A stretch of DNA of 61,890 nucleotides, counting the filler. It is 6 parts of 6 records of this genome, joined end to end, with 100 filler letters (N's around TTAATTAATTAA, not from the genome) between each part and the next. Parts side by side here need not be neighbours in the genome. Positions count along the whole stretch, not along the records: positions 35,259 to 41,720 come from SRR16203515_14841; positions 41,821 to 47,609 come from SRR16203515_14846; 4 more parts are not named here. The stretch is one strand, 5' to 3'. A program made the position numbers and the translations under genes. The notes under the pieces are model-generated. The model worked only from the letters and a program-made list of their open reading frames with translations, was not told the origin of the DNA and did no database searches. Positions 35,159 through 44,960 of the stretch are shown piece by piece. The first letter of the stretch is position 1. The number at the start of each line of letters is the position of its first letter.

Positions 35159-35258
35159 NNNNNNNNNNNNNNNNNNNNNNNNNNNNNNNNNNNNNNNNNN
35201 NNTTAATTAATTAANNNNNNNNNNNNNNNNNNNNNNNNNNNNNNNNNNNNNNNNNNNN
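35159..35258. other. Artificial contig linker
   Basis: 44 N + TTAATTAATTAA + 44 N. Confidence 0.98.
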
Positions 35259-35486
35259 AAAAAACGTGCTGAACTAGGTGCGGTACAAAACCGGTTCCAG
35301 TCAACTATTCGTAACCAATCGAATATTTCTGAAAACTTGAGTGCTGCAAAATCACGTATTAAAGATACTGACTTTGCTCAAGAAACGGCTAACTTAACTA
35401 AGATGCAGATATTACAACAGGCAAGCCAAACAATCCTTAGTCAAGCTAATCAACGTCCGCAGGCTGCATTAAGTCTTTTAGGTTAA
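35259..35486 (+). CDS. fliC: Flagellin, C-terminal fragment (copy 1)
   Basis: Not in ORF track; [75 protein letters not shown]. Confidence 0.95.
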   Translation, partial: KKRAELGAVQNRFQSTIRNQSNISENLSAAKSRIKDTDFAQETANLTKMQILQQASQTILSQANQRPQAALSLLG

Positions 35487-35630
35487 TAGTTGGGGAGAGT
35501 CAATTAATTGACTAGGAATGTAGCGCCTTTGTCTAATGGGGTATTAACAAAGGCGCTGAAACGGATTGATAAAGCAGAGGCGCTTAAAAATCCTTGAGTG
35601 TTCTAACATTTGTAAGAACATAATTTACAA

Positions 35631-35647
35631 AGCACAAACTATGCCAA
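35631..35647 (-). promoter_or_regulatory. Leftward sigma54 (-24/-12)-like motif
   Basis: Reverse complement TTGGCATAGTTTGTGCT, GG-N10-GC spacing; no protein gene downstream on that strand. Confidence 0.45.
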
Positions 35648-35685
35648 TGTTTTTGCTTTTAACCCACTCTCAAACTTATCTTTAT

Positions 35686-35711
35686 AAGGGTCTTTTAAAG
35701 GCCCTTTTTTT
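35686..35711 (+). terminator. Intrinsic terminator downstream of flagellin copy 1
   Basis: AAGGGTCTTTTAAAGGCCCTTTTTTT. Confidence 0.7.
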
Positions 35712-35735
35712 ATGGGGTCAAAAAAAATCATAAAG

Positions 35736-35751
35736 TTGGCCTAAAGATTGC
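35736..35751 (+). promoter_or_regulatory. Sigma54 promoter motif for flagellin copy 2
   Basis: TTGGCCTAAAGATTGC, GG-N10-GC. Confidence 0.65.
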
Positions 35752-35899
35752 TCAATACTTATTAAGTTTTTAATTTAACCTGCAAAGTGGCAGTTTATTG
35801 CCTAGGGCCAATATATCTTGGTTGCTGTAGCTAGTCACTTTGTCAAAGCTCCACTCATTTCGAGTGGCTTAAATTTGACAGATAATAAGAGAGTTTATT

Positions 35900-36868
35900 A
35901 TGGCTTTATTTGTAAACACGAATGTTAGTGCGTTAAATGCACAAAGACAGCTAGAAAGAACTGGAAACGACTTAGATACCTCATTTAAACGCCTATCGTC
36001 AGGTTTGCGTATCAATAGCGCTGCCGATGATGCCGCAGGTTTACAAATTTCGGATCGTTTACAATCACAAATCCTAGGCTTAAACCAAGGCAATCGAAAT
36101 GCAAATGATGGTATCTCTTTAGCACAAACAGCTGAAGGTGCACTTGATGAAATTACCTCAACATTTCAACGAATTCGAACACTTGCCCAGCAATCTGCTA
36201 ATGGTTCTAATACTGACGAAGACAGGTTAGCCATTCAAGAAGAAATTAGACAGCTGTCTGATGAAGTGAATAGAATTGCTGCCGATACTACTTTTGGTGG
36301 TCAAAACTTATTAGACGGCTCTTACTCTGCAAGCTTCCAGGTTGGAGCCGATGCAGTGCAAACCATTGGCTTTAGCATGCAATCAGTGGGTAGTACGGCA
36401 AACTCATTGGCAGCTAATGGTGGCTTTACAATTTCAGGTGTTGCGGGTGTGGCATCTGCAGTAGGTGGAAAGTCGCTTTCAACACTTGCAGCAAACGTCA
36501 GTACTATTGATGGTGCAACAGCGGCGTCAACGTTAGATTTCTCAACAGTATTTACAGCTGAAGGGATCAGCGTATCTTCGCAAGTAAACGCACAAGCTGT
36601 GTTTGCTGGAATGGATTCGTTAATTGCTGTTGTTGATAAAAAGCGCGCCGAGCTTGGTGCTGTACAGAATCGTTTTCAGTCGACAATTCGAAATCAGGCA
36701 AATATTTCTGAAAACTTAGCTTCAGCAAAGTCGCGAATTAAAGATGCTGATTTTGCAGCTGAGACAGCAAATTTGACTAAAAACCAAATATTACAACAAG
36801 CAAGCCAAACTATTTTAGGTCAAGCAAATCAACGACCTCAGGCCGCATTAAGCTTGTTGCAGGGTTAA
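35900..36868 (+). CDS. fliC: Flagellin (copy 2)
   Basis: [17 protein letters not shown] and conserved C-terminal domain. Confidence 0.97.
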   Translation: MALFVNTNVSALNAQRQLERTGNDLDTSFKRLSSGLRINSAADDAAGLQISDRLQSQILGLNQGNRNANDGISLAQTAEGALDEITSTFQRIRTLAQQSANGSNTDEDRLAIQEEIRQLSDEVNRIAADTTFGGQNLLDGSYSASFQVGADAVQTIGFSMQSVGSTANSLAANGGFTISGVAGVASAVGGKSLSTLAANVSTIDGATAASTLDFSTVFTAEGISVSSQVNAQAVFAGMDSLIAVVDKKRAELGAVQNRFQSTIRNQANISENLASAKSRIKDADFAAETANLTKNQILQQASQTILGQANQRPQAALSLLQG

Positions 36869-36904
36869 AATAGAGTAAATTTGTTAAAAGATTATAAATA
36901 AAGC

Positions 36905-36931
36905 TAAAGTTTCCGTTTTATCTGACGATAA
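36905..36931 (+). promoter_or_regulatory. Sigma28 (FliA) promoter motif for flagellin copy 3
   Basis: TAAA-N15-GACGATAA versus consensus TAAA-N15-GCCGATAA. Confidence 0.8.
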
Positions 36932-37033
36932 CAGACTTAGAGAACTAAAAATCTAGGACTCTCAGTCTGGAATAATAGCAGGGTAGGGGTATCCCGTTAT
37001 TATTCTATCTAAAATGATAAAGCGGAGGCTATT

Positions 37034-37996
37034 ATGGCTTTATATGTAAATACTAATGTGAGTTCATTGAACGCACAACGTCAGTTAATGAAATCTGGCA
37101 ACCAACTTGATACATCCTTTCAACGTCTATCATCAGGTTTTCGTATTAACAGTGCGAAAGATGATGCTGCTGGTATGCAAATATCTAACCGTTTGACTAG
37201 CCAAATAAGCGGCTTAGATCAAGGTAACCGTAATGCAAATGATGGTATTTCACTAGCACAAACTGCTGAGGGTGCGCTTGATGAAACAACATCTATGTTT
37301 CAACGTATGCGTACTTTGGCACAGCAAGCATCAAATGGTTCTAATACTGATGAAGATCGCTTAGCTATTCAAGAAGAAATTCGTTCACTATCGTCAGAAG
37401 TAAACCGTGTTGCTGCCGATACTACGTTTGGTGGTCAAAACTTATTAGATGGATCATTCTCTGCAAACTTTCAAGTAGGTGCGGATGCTGTTCAGAATAT
37501 TAGCTTTAGTATGAAAGATGTTGGCGGTACAGCTAACTCAATTGCAGCTGATGGCGGCTTTACTATGTCAGGTATTGCAAGTGTTGCGAGTGCTGTTACG
37601 GGCGCAAGCTTAAGTGCAACAGCTGGTACTATTAGTACGCAAGTAGGTGCTTCAGCAGATGAAACTGCTTTTTCATCAGTGTTTTCGTCAACAGGAATTA
37701 GTGTATCTTCGCAGGCAAATGCGCAAGCAGTTATGGCAGGTATGGATGCGATGATTGCTGTGGTTGACAAAAAGCGAGCAGAGTTAGGTGCGGTTCAAAA
37801 CCGGTTCCAATCAACAATTCGAAATCAATCAAATATCTCTGAGAACTTAAGTGCTGCAAAATCACGTATTAAAGATACAGATTTCGCAGCTGAAACAGCT
37901 AACCTCACAAAATCGCAAATACTTCAACAGGCAAGTCAATCGATTTTGAGTCAAGCAAATCAGCGTCCACAAGTAGCACTTTCGCTACTAGGCTAA
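37034..37996 (+). CDS. fliC: Flagellin (copy 3)
   Basis: RLSSGFRINSAKDDAAG and conserved C-terminal domain. Confidence 0.97.
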   Translation: MALYVNTNVSSLNAQRQLMKSGNQLDTSFQRLSSGFRINSAKDDAAGMQISNRLTSQISGLDQGNRNANDGISLAQTAEGALDETTSMFQRMRTLAQQASNGSNTDEDRLAIQEEIRSLSSEVNRVAADTTFGGQNLLDGSFSANFQVGADAVQNISFSMKDVGGTANSIAADGGFTMSGIASVASAVTGASLSATAGTISTQVGASADETAFSSVFSSTGISVSSQANAQAVMAGMDAMIAVVDKKRAELGAVQNRFQSTIRNQSNISENLSAAKSRIKDTDFAAETANLTKSQILQQASQSILSQANQRPQVALSLLG

Positions 37997-38071
37997 TGGG
38001 TTTCTAAGTCATTATTGAGCTTTTGCTTGATAATGGCTTATACTTTGAGTGTGTTTTGAAGGAGACCTACC

Positions 38072-38506
38072 ATGGCTGATTTAACTGCAATAATTAAATC
38101 AAACGAAAATTTGTCTGCTAATTCATCTTTTACGAATAAAAGTGAATTAAATGAAGCTACTAAAAAAGCAAATCTTGAACAAGATGGCGTGAAAATTGCT
38201 GGAAGAGAACCAAGCTTTGTTGAAGACGGCAAAGAACTAGATTCTGAAGGCGAAAGAAAAGCGCTCATAGAAGAAGTTAAAGAAAATTTAGAAAAGTTAA
38301 ACAAGTATATTCCCGTTACTTCAACTAATTTAGTATTTGAGTTTGATGAAGATGGCGATCCGCCGATTATCAAAGTATTTGATAAAAAAAGCGAAGAAGT
38401 GATCCGTGAAATTCCTACTAAAGAATTTAGAGAAGTAGCTAAAGCTTTAGATGAATTTGCCGATAAACTTACTAATAAAGGGTTGTTATTGAATCAAACA
38501 GCCTAA
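38072..38506 (+). CDS. flaG: Flagellar protein FlaG
   Basis: LVFEFDE...IKVFDKKSEEVIREIP; position between flagellin and fliD. Confidence 0.85.
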   Translation: MADLTAIIKSNENLSANSSFTNKSELNEATKKANLEQDGVKIAGREPSFVEDGKELDSEGERKALIEEVKENLEKLNKYIPVTSTNLVFEFDEDGDPPIIKVFDKKSEEVIREIPTKEFREVAKALDEFADKLTNKGLLLNQTA

Positions 38507-38536
38507 CACGTTTGCAACAGATAGTAGGAGAGAAAT

Positions 38537-39940
38537 ATGCCACTAATTACATCCGCAGGTATTGGCTCGGGGCTAGATCTCGAAAGTATCATTAGTGCAT
38601 CTGTTGCAGCAGAAAACACGCCTAAAATGAATGCATTTGCTTCGAAAGAAGAGTCTTTAAAAGTTGAACTATCATCATTAGGTGAAGTCAAGTCAGCGAT
38701 GTCTAAGCTGCAAGATACAATTGAAAAGCTAGCTGATCCAGATAACTTTGATAAGCGAATTGCTGACATCACTCAACCAAATAGCGAGGACGGAGATTTA
38801 ATATCTGTCACTCCAACCTCAGATATCACTCCCGGCAATTTCAATATAGAGGTTGTTGAGCTTGCACAGGGTAGCCGTGCGGTCTCCAATGACTCACTTT
38901 TTACTACGACAGATGATGTTGTCACAGCTTCAGGAGGAACGCTTTCTTTTGCCGCTGGTCCAGATAAAAGTTTTGATTTAACACTGGATGCAGGCGCTAC
39001 TTTAGCGGAATTACGTGATGCTATAAATGATTCAGATGATAACTTTGGTGTGACGGCTAATATAATAAACACGGGAACTGAAGCTAAGTTAGTTTTAACA
39101 TCGAATGTAACTGGTGATAGTAATGATCTTGTGATCACTAATGACAATGCTGAGCTGGATAATGTATCAACAGTAGCAAATGCTGGTGGTGCTGGTGGTA
39201 TAGGTATATCTGCTGAGAACCAAGCTAAAAGTGCAATAATTAAAGTCGATGGTATCGAAATAACAAACGATACAAATACGTTTAAAGATGCAGTGCAAGA
39301 TATGACAATTACTGCTAAGCGTCAAAGTGTTGACAATGAAACAGCAAAGCTTTCTGTTTCATACGATAAAAGCAGCGTTACTACACTCGTTGATGAGTTG
39401 GTTGCAAATTACAATAACCTAATAGGGCAAATTGGTTTGCAAACCCGTGTTGATAAACCTTTAAATGGTGACTCTACAATTAGATCATTTGACTCTCAGT
39501 TAGTTAATACTCTGTCTACAGAGCTATCTGATGGAGGGCCATTTTCTAGCATATTTGATATTGGTTTAGGTATTGATAAAGATGGGTATTTAGAAAAATC
39601 ATCTCTTGTTCGAAGTTTAAATGAGGCTATGGACGAAAACTTTGATGATATTGGTAAGGCATTTTCTGGAGAAAATGGCTTAGCAACTAAATTTGAGGCC
39701 CTTTTAAGTAATTACGTTGATTCAGATGGAATTATGAAACAACGTGAAGATAGCCTAAATTCTCAAATAGATGAATTAGAAGATGATGTTATTAACCATG
39801 AATACCGTATGGAGTCGTTAGAAGCAAGGTTACGAGAACAATATGCTGGACTAGATGTTTTATTAGCACAAATGCAGTCAACTCAAACGTATTTAAGTGC
39901 CCAGCTGTCAAGCTTACCGGGCTTTACTAAATCTAGTTAA
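38537..39940 (+). CDS. fliD: Flagellar filament cap protein
   Basis: AGIGSGLDLESII N-terminus; C-terminal QYAGLD...LSAQL. Confidence 0.95.
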   Translation: MPLITSAGIGSGLDLESIISASVAAENTPKMNAFASKEESLKVELSSLGEVKSAMSKLQDTIEKLADPDNFDKRIADITQPNSEDGDLISVTPTSDITPGNFNIEVVELAQGSRAVSNDSLFTTTDDVVTASGGTLSFAAGPDKSFDLTLDAGATLAELRDAINDSDDNFGVTANIINTGTEAKLVLTSNVTGDSNDLVITNDNAELDNVSTVANAGGAGGIGISAENQAKSAIIKVDGIEITNDTNTFKDAVQDMTITAKRQSVDNETAKLSVSYDKSSVTTLVDELVANYNNLIGQIGLQTRVDKPLNGDSTIRSFDSQLVNTLSTELSDGGPFSSIFDIGLGIDKDGYLEKSSLVRSLNEAMDENFDDIGKAFSGENGLATKFEALLSNYVDSDGIMKQREDSLNSQIDELEDDVINHEYRMESLEARLREQYAGLDVLLAQMQSTQTYLSAQLSSLPGFTKSS

Positions 39941-39980
39941 AGTATTTTTTAATTTATAGAATATTTACTATAGGTGATAT

Positions 39981-40409
39981 ATGTATAACGCTAAAGTCAA
40001 AAATTATCAAAAAGAAGCATTAAAAACACGAGTAGCTGGTGCTGATCGATATGAAATAATTCAAATGCTTATGGCTGGTGCGATTGAAAAAATGGTGATG
40101 TCAAAAGTAGCTATTGAAAAGAGGCATATGGAAGCAAAAGCCGAACACTTATCTAAGGCGACAGCAATTATTGAAGCGCTCAGAGGATGTTTAGACTTTG
40201 AAGTGGGTGGTGAAGTGACGGATAATTTATATGCACTTTATTCTTACATGATAGATCGCTTAGTCGATGCAACAATAAAAAATGACCCTGCGATAATTGA
40301 TGAAGTATCTAACCTTCTTAAAGAAATTAAGTCTGCGTGGGATGCAATACCTCATGACATTCGTGAAAAAACACTTAACGAAAATGGTATAGACGCAAAT
40401 GTCGGCTAA
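39981..40409 (+). CDS. fliS: Flagellin export chaperone
   Basis: LDFEVGGEVTDNLYALYSYM...IKSAW. Confidence 0.95.
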   Translation: MYNAKVKNYQKEALKTRVAGADRYEIIQMLMAGAIEKMVMSKVAIEKRHMEAKAEHLSKATAIIEALRGCLDFEVGGEVTDNLYALYSYMIDRLVDATIKNDPAIIDEVSNLLKEIKSAWDAIPHDIREKTLNENGIDANVG

Positions 40410-40698
40410 TTTGCGCTCTAAACTACTTCCTAGACTATCAATAATAAACCAACATATACAAGACGGTGATGCTGAATCAGCTCAAGTTGAATTAAACCAA
40501 CTTGATGATTTATTAAAATATCTATTTAAGTCTCCAGAAACACTTACAGAGGATGAAATTTTATTCTTATCTGACTTTTCCACGCAGTTAAATACGACAG
40601 TGCAGGATTTAAGTAAGAGAAAAGGCGTTTTAGCTCAAAAAATTGGTGTTCATATGAATACACAAAAAAAAATAAATGTTTATAAAAGTATTAAGTAG
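40399..40698 (+). CDS. Small helical protein in the FliT position
   Basis: 99 aa, overlaps fliS end, ends KINVYKSIK; call is positional only. Confidence 0.6.
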   Translation: MSANLRSKLLPRLSIINQHIQDGDAESAQVELNQLDDLLKYLFKSPETLTEDEILFLSDFSTQLNTTVQDLSKRKGVLAQKIGVHMNTQKKINVYKSIK

Positions 40699-40710
40699 GT
40701 AATAGGAATT

Positions 40711-41720
40711 ATGCAAAATAATGATTTTAACGAAGAGCTTAACCTATTATCAGCAAAATTAGAAAATACAGTCAAGCACCAAGAACGAGAAGCCATTTTT
40801 GCTAGAGAAGCAAATGAACGTTTTGAAAAGAATTGGGAGTGCTTGGCACAATATTACCCTGAAATTGTAAGTGCTTTATCTAAGTTCACATTACGGGATG
40901 ACTTCTGCATTCACGTCACGCTAAGTGGTCATGGCAACATAATACCTAAGAATGCTCCAGCCCCTATTTATTCACAAAATCCGCTTAAACAGAGTCAAGA
41001 GCAGGTTAAACGACAGATCACTCACCCAGTTTTTAGTTTAACTGACTATACAGGGTATCCCGAAAGCACTTCAGATGAACGCTTACACACTGAGTATATG
41101 GTTAAGCTTGGCCAGTTTATGCGTAAGTTGAGAGAGTTTGAAGAAAAAAAAATAGAGCAGTTACCTAGTAATTTCCCATCAGGTATCATCTTTGGCGTAG
41201 GGCTGGGCTATCATATACCAGAATTGCTAAATCATACATCGTTTGATTATTTATTTATCATTGAGCCAGATATAGAACAGTTTTATGCAAGTTTATTTTG
41301 TATTGACTGGTGTGATGTTATTAAAAAAATTGATGATCAGGGAAACTGTCTTTTCTTTAATCTGGGGGCAGATAAAAATACGTTTATACAAGATTTAGAA
41401 AATGTAGTTGAAGATATTGGCGCGTTTTCAGCTGTCAGAAGCTTTTGCTACCAACATACACCAGGGCGTGAAATCAATGATTTGATAGCTAATTGGGCGG
41501 CGGATTACTTCCGTTTTCAAATGGGACATGGATTTTTTAATGATGCAATAACTGGGTTTGCTCACTCAATTTCCCACCTTGAAAATAACCAGACTTTTCT
41601 TACAAACAAAGATAGATTACCGACTTCGTTATTAGATACTCCAGTGTTTTTAGTTGGTAATGGCCCATCGTTAGATGAGGCTATTGAATATTTAAAAAAT
41701 AATCAAAATAAAGGGATTGT
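40711..41720 (+). CDS. Motility-associated factor (Maf/DUF115-type flagellin glycosyltransferase-like), truncated by contig end
   Basis: FGVGLGYH, IIEPD and VFLVGNGPSLD motifs; follows fliS. Confidence 0.8.
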
Positions 41721-41820
41721 NNNNNNNNNNNNNNNNNNNNNNNNNNNNNNNNNNNNNNNNNNNNTTAATTAATTAANNNNNNNNNNNNNNNNNNNNNNNN
41801 NNNNNNNNNNNNNNNNNNNN
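41721..41820. other. Artificial contig linker
   Basis: 44 N + TTAATTAATTAA + 44 N. Confidence 0.98.
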
Positions 41821-41821
41821 A

Positions 41822-44698
41822 AAGGACGATGGAGAGTCTTCAACGGGTGGAGAGACAGCTTCAGACCATGCTTTTATCATTGATTTCGATAATCTATATA
41901 ACAACACCTTTTCAGTCGTCAATCAGTTTACGATTACAGGCACTAAACAGCCACGTCGGCCTGATGTTATTTGCTTTATTAATGGCTTACCGATTGCTGT
42001 ACTTGAGCTGAAAAGTCCAAGCGATGAGAACGCCGATATTTGGGATGCCTTTAATCAGCTGCAAACTTATAAAGATGAAGTTTCAGACCTTTTCATCTTT
42101 AATGAGGCGTTAGTCGTCAGTGATGGTTACACCGCTAGGGTAGGCTCGCTAACTGCTAACCAAGAGCGTTTTATGCCTTGGCGCACCATTAAAAATGAAG
42201 ATGACAAACCGCTACTGGAGTGGCAGCTAGAAACCATGGTTCGCGGTTTCTTTGACCGTGAGTTGCTTCTGGATTACATACGATTTTTTGTGTTGTTTGA
42301 AACCGATGGTGAGGCGATTATTAAAAAAATCGCGGGCTATCATCAATTTCATGCTGTGCGAGAAGCAGTAAAAGCAACCGTGGTTGCGGCACAGAATATC
42401 GGCGGCATCAGCGAAAAACGCGCGACTTATGCCGATGAAGTGGTGCCCGGTAGCAAAAAAGCCGGTGTGGTGTGGCACACCCAGGGCAGTGGTAAAAGCA
42501 TTTCTATGTGTTGCTATGCGGGTAAATTGCTGCAAGAGCCTGCCATGAAAAACCCAACGCTTATAGTGGTGACTGATCGCAATGACCTAGACAGCCAATT
42601 GTTTGAAACCTTCAGCAATGCCGTTGAACTGCTGAAACAACCCCCAGTAAAAGCGGGCAACCGTGATGAGCTAAGGCAGTTACTGGCCGAGCGTGAATCG
42701 GGCGGTATTATTTTTACCACGGTGCAAAAGTTTGCGCTGCTAGACGATGAAAATCACCACCCCGTACTTAATGACCGACAGAATATTGTGGTGGTGTCAG
42801 ATGAGGCACACCGCAGCCAATACGGTCTAAAAGCCCAGCTAAACAAAGACACCGGCGAGTATAAATTTGGCTATGCCAAACACATGCGTGATGCCTTGCC
42901 CTTTGCCTCGTTTATTGGCTTTACTGGCACCCCCATATCGCAAGAAGATAAAGACACCCGCGCCGTGTTTGGTGGTTATGTGTCTATTTACGATATTCAA
43001 GATGCGGTGGACGATGGCGCGACGGTGCCTATTTATTACGAATCGCGCCTTGCCAAGCTGGATTTAAACCACGATGCAATTGCCGCTTTGTCTGACCAAG
43101 TGGATGAAGTCGTGGAAGATGAAGAAGACGTAAGCTCGCGCGAGAAAACCAAAGGCGAGTGGAGCCGCCTTGAAAAGCTGGTGGGCGCCACCCCGCGCTT
43201 ACAACAAATTGCCGCCGACATTGTTGGGCATTTTGAAATCCGCAATGCCAGCATGGATGGTAAAGCTATGATTGTGGGTATGAGCCGTGATATTTGCGCG
43301 CATTTATACAACGAGATTGTGGCCCTGCGCCCTTAATGGCATTCAGACGACCCGGAAAAAGGCGCCATCAAAATTGTGATGACAGGCAGCGCCTCTGACA
43401 AGCCGTTATTGCAGCCGCACATCTATAACAAAACAACCAAAAAACGCTTAGAGAAGCGTTTTAAAGACGCGAACGACCCGCTAAAGCTAGTGATTGTGCG
43501 CGATATGTGGCTTACCGGTTTTGATGCCCCTTGCTGCCACACCATGTATATCGACAAGCCCATGAAGGGCCATAACCTGATGCAAGCCATTGCCCGTGTT
43601 AACCGGGTGTTTAAAAACAAACCTGGCGGCTTGGTGGTGGATTACATCGGTATTGCCAATGAACTTAAACAGGCACTAAAAACCTATACCGACTCTAAAG
43701 GTAAAGGCGAACCTACCCTTAATGCTGAAGAAGCCTTCGCGATTTTGCTAGAAAAAATCGATGCTCTTCGCGGCCTTTTTGCAAAAACCCCTAAAGGTGC
43801 TGGTTTAGATATTTCTGGCTTTGAAACAGACGCGCATAAGCTGTTGGTGCCTGTTGCCAACTATGTGCTAGGTATAGAAGATGGCAAAAAACGCTTTCTT
43901 GATTTGGTGTTAGCCGCTAGCAAAGCCTACTCACTTTGTAGCACCTTGGATGAAGCGAAAGACCTGCGCAAAGAAATAGCTTTTTACTCGGCCATAAAAG
44001 CGGCCATTAGCAAGTTCACCAGTGTCGATAAAAAGCGCAGCATCGAGGAGAAAAACTCCGCCTTAAAACAAATTCTAGACAATGCCGTGATCGCAGAAGG
44101 AGTTGCTGACGTGTTCGCACTTTGTGGCTTAGACAAACCCAACATCGGCTTGCTATCGGATGAGTTTTTAGAAGACGTGAGACAGATGCCGGAGCGCAAC
44201 CTTGCCGTTGAGTTACTTGAAAAACTTCTCAAGGATGACATTAAAGCGAAAACTCGTAATAACGTCGTGCAAGAGAAGAAATACGCAGAACGCTTGCAAG
44301 AAACGCTTAGAAAGTACAACAACCGTGCTATTGAAACCGCACAGGTGATTGAAGAACTCATTGAAATGGCTAAAGCCTTTCAAGAAGAAATAGCCCGTGA
44401 AGCAGGCCTTGGGCTTACCCCTGATGAAATCGCCTTCTACGATGCACTTGCTGATAACGAAAGTGCCGTGAGAGAGTTAGGCAATGCAACCCTCAAAAAA
44501 ATTGCAGTTGAAATTACCGACAAACTTAGAAAGTCCACCACTGTAGACTGGCAAGTTCGAGACAGCGTGCGCGCGAAATTAAAAATATTGGTACGACGCA
44601 CTTTACAGCGTTATAAGTACCCGCCTGACAGGGCTATTGAAGCGGTAGAGTTAATACTTAAACAAGCTGAAACTTTGTCTAACTCATGGACGAAATAG
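41822..44698 (+). pseudogene. hsdR: Type I restriction enzyme R subunit, 5'-truncated by contig edge, with in-frame TAA at 43334-43336
   Basis: Frame is open from 41822 (RRPDVICFINGLPIAVLELK and QLQTY nuclease motifs); [30 protein letters not shown]; junction reads [21 protein letters not shown]. Confidence 0.92.
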
Positions 44699-44779
44699 GG
44701 AGTTTGATGGAAAATTGGATTATAAATTCTGTTAGCCATAGTTAAATCAAAGTTTCGTATTCTTTGAGTTTTGATTTAA

Positions 44780-44874
44780 GTAGTACCGTTGGTAGTATCT
44801 TTGAGGTTGCATTTTTATTTTTTAATTTCTTATCAATAGCTTAAAATGCCGGTTAAGGTGACCCCAGCCCACCA
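44780..44874 (+). mobile_element. Putative attR boundary of an integrated genomic island (tmRNA-type site)
   Basis: GTAGTA direct repeat (44780, 44792), IHF consensus TATCAATAGCTTA (44831-44843), CCCCAGCCCACCA (44862-44874) resembling the ssrA 3' end with a 1-nt deletion, then a terminator. Confidence 0.6.
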
Positions 44875-44908
44875 ATACAGGTATTTAAGTTCGTTACTTA
44901 AAAACCAT

Positions 44909-44949
44909 AAAAAACCGCTAATTTGAGCAATCAAGTTGGCGGTTTTTTT
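44909..44949. terminator. Bidirectional intrinsic terminator
   Basis: AAAAAACCGCTAATTTGA-GCAA-TCAAGTTGGCGGTTTTTTT. Confidence 0.85.
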
Positions 44950-44960
44950 ATGGCTTTAAT

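Noticed and set aside
41829-42011. 60-aa ORF MESLQRVER...
   Set aside because: Out-of-frame shadow of the hsdR nuclease domain, which is open from 41822
31727-43336. Stop-codon reassignment (TAG/TAA to Gln) explaining the ilvI and hsdR stops
   Set aside because: TAG and TAA end many intact genes normally on the same contigs (e.g. coaD-type TAG ends, rho TAA, hsdR's own TAG); only one internal stop per contig
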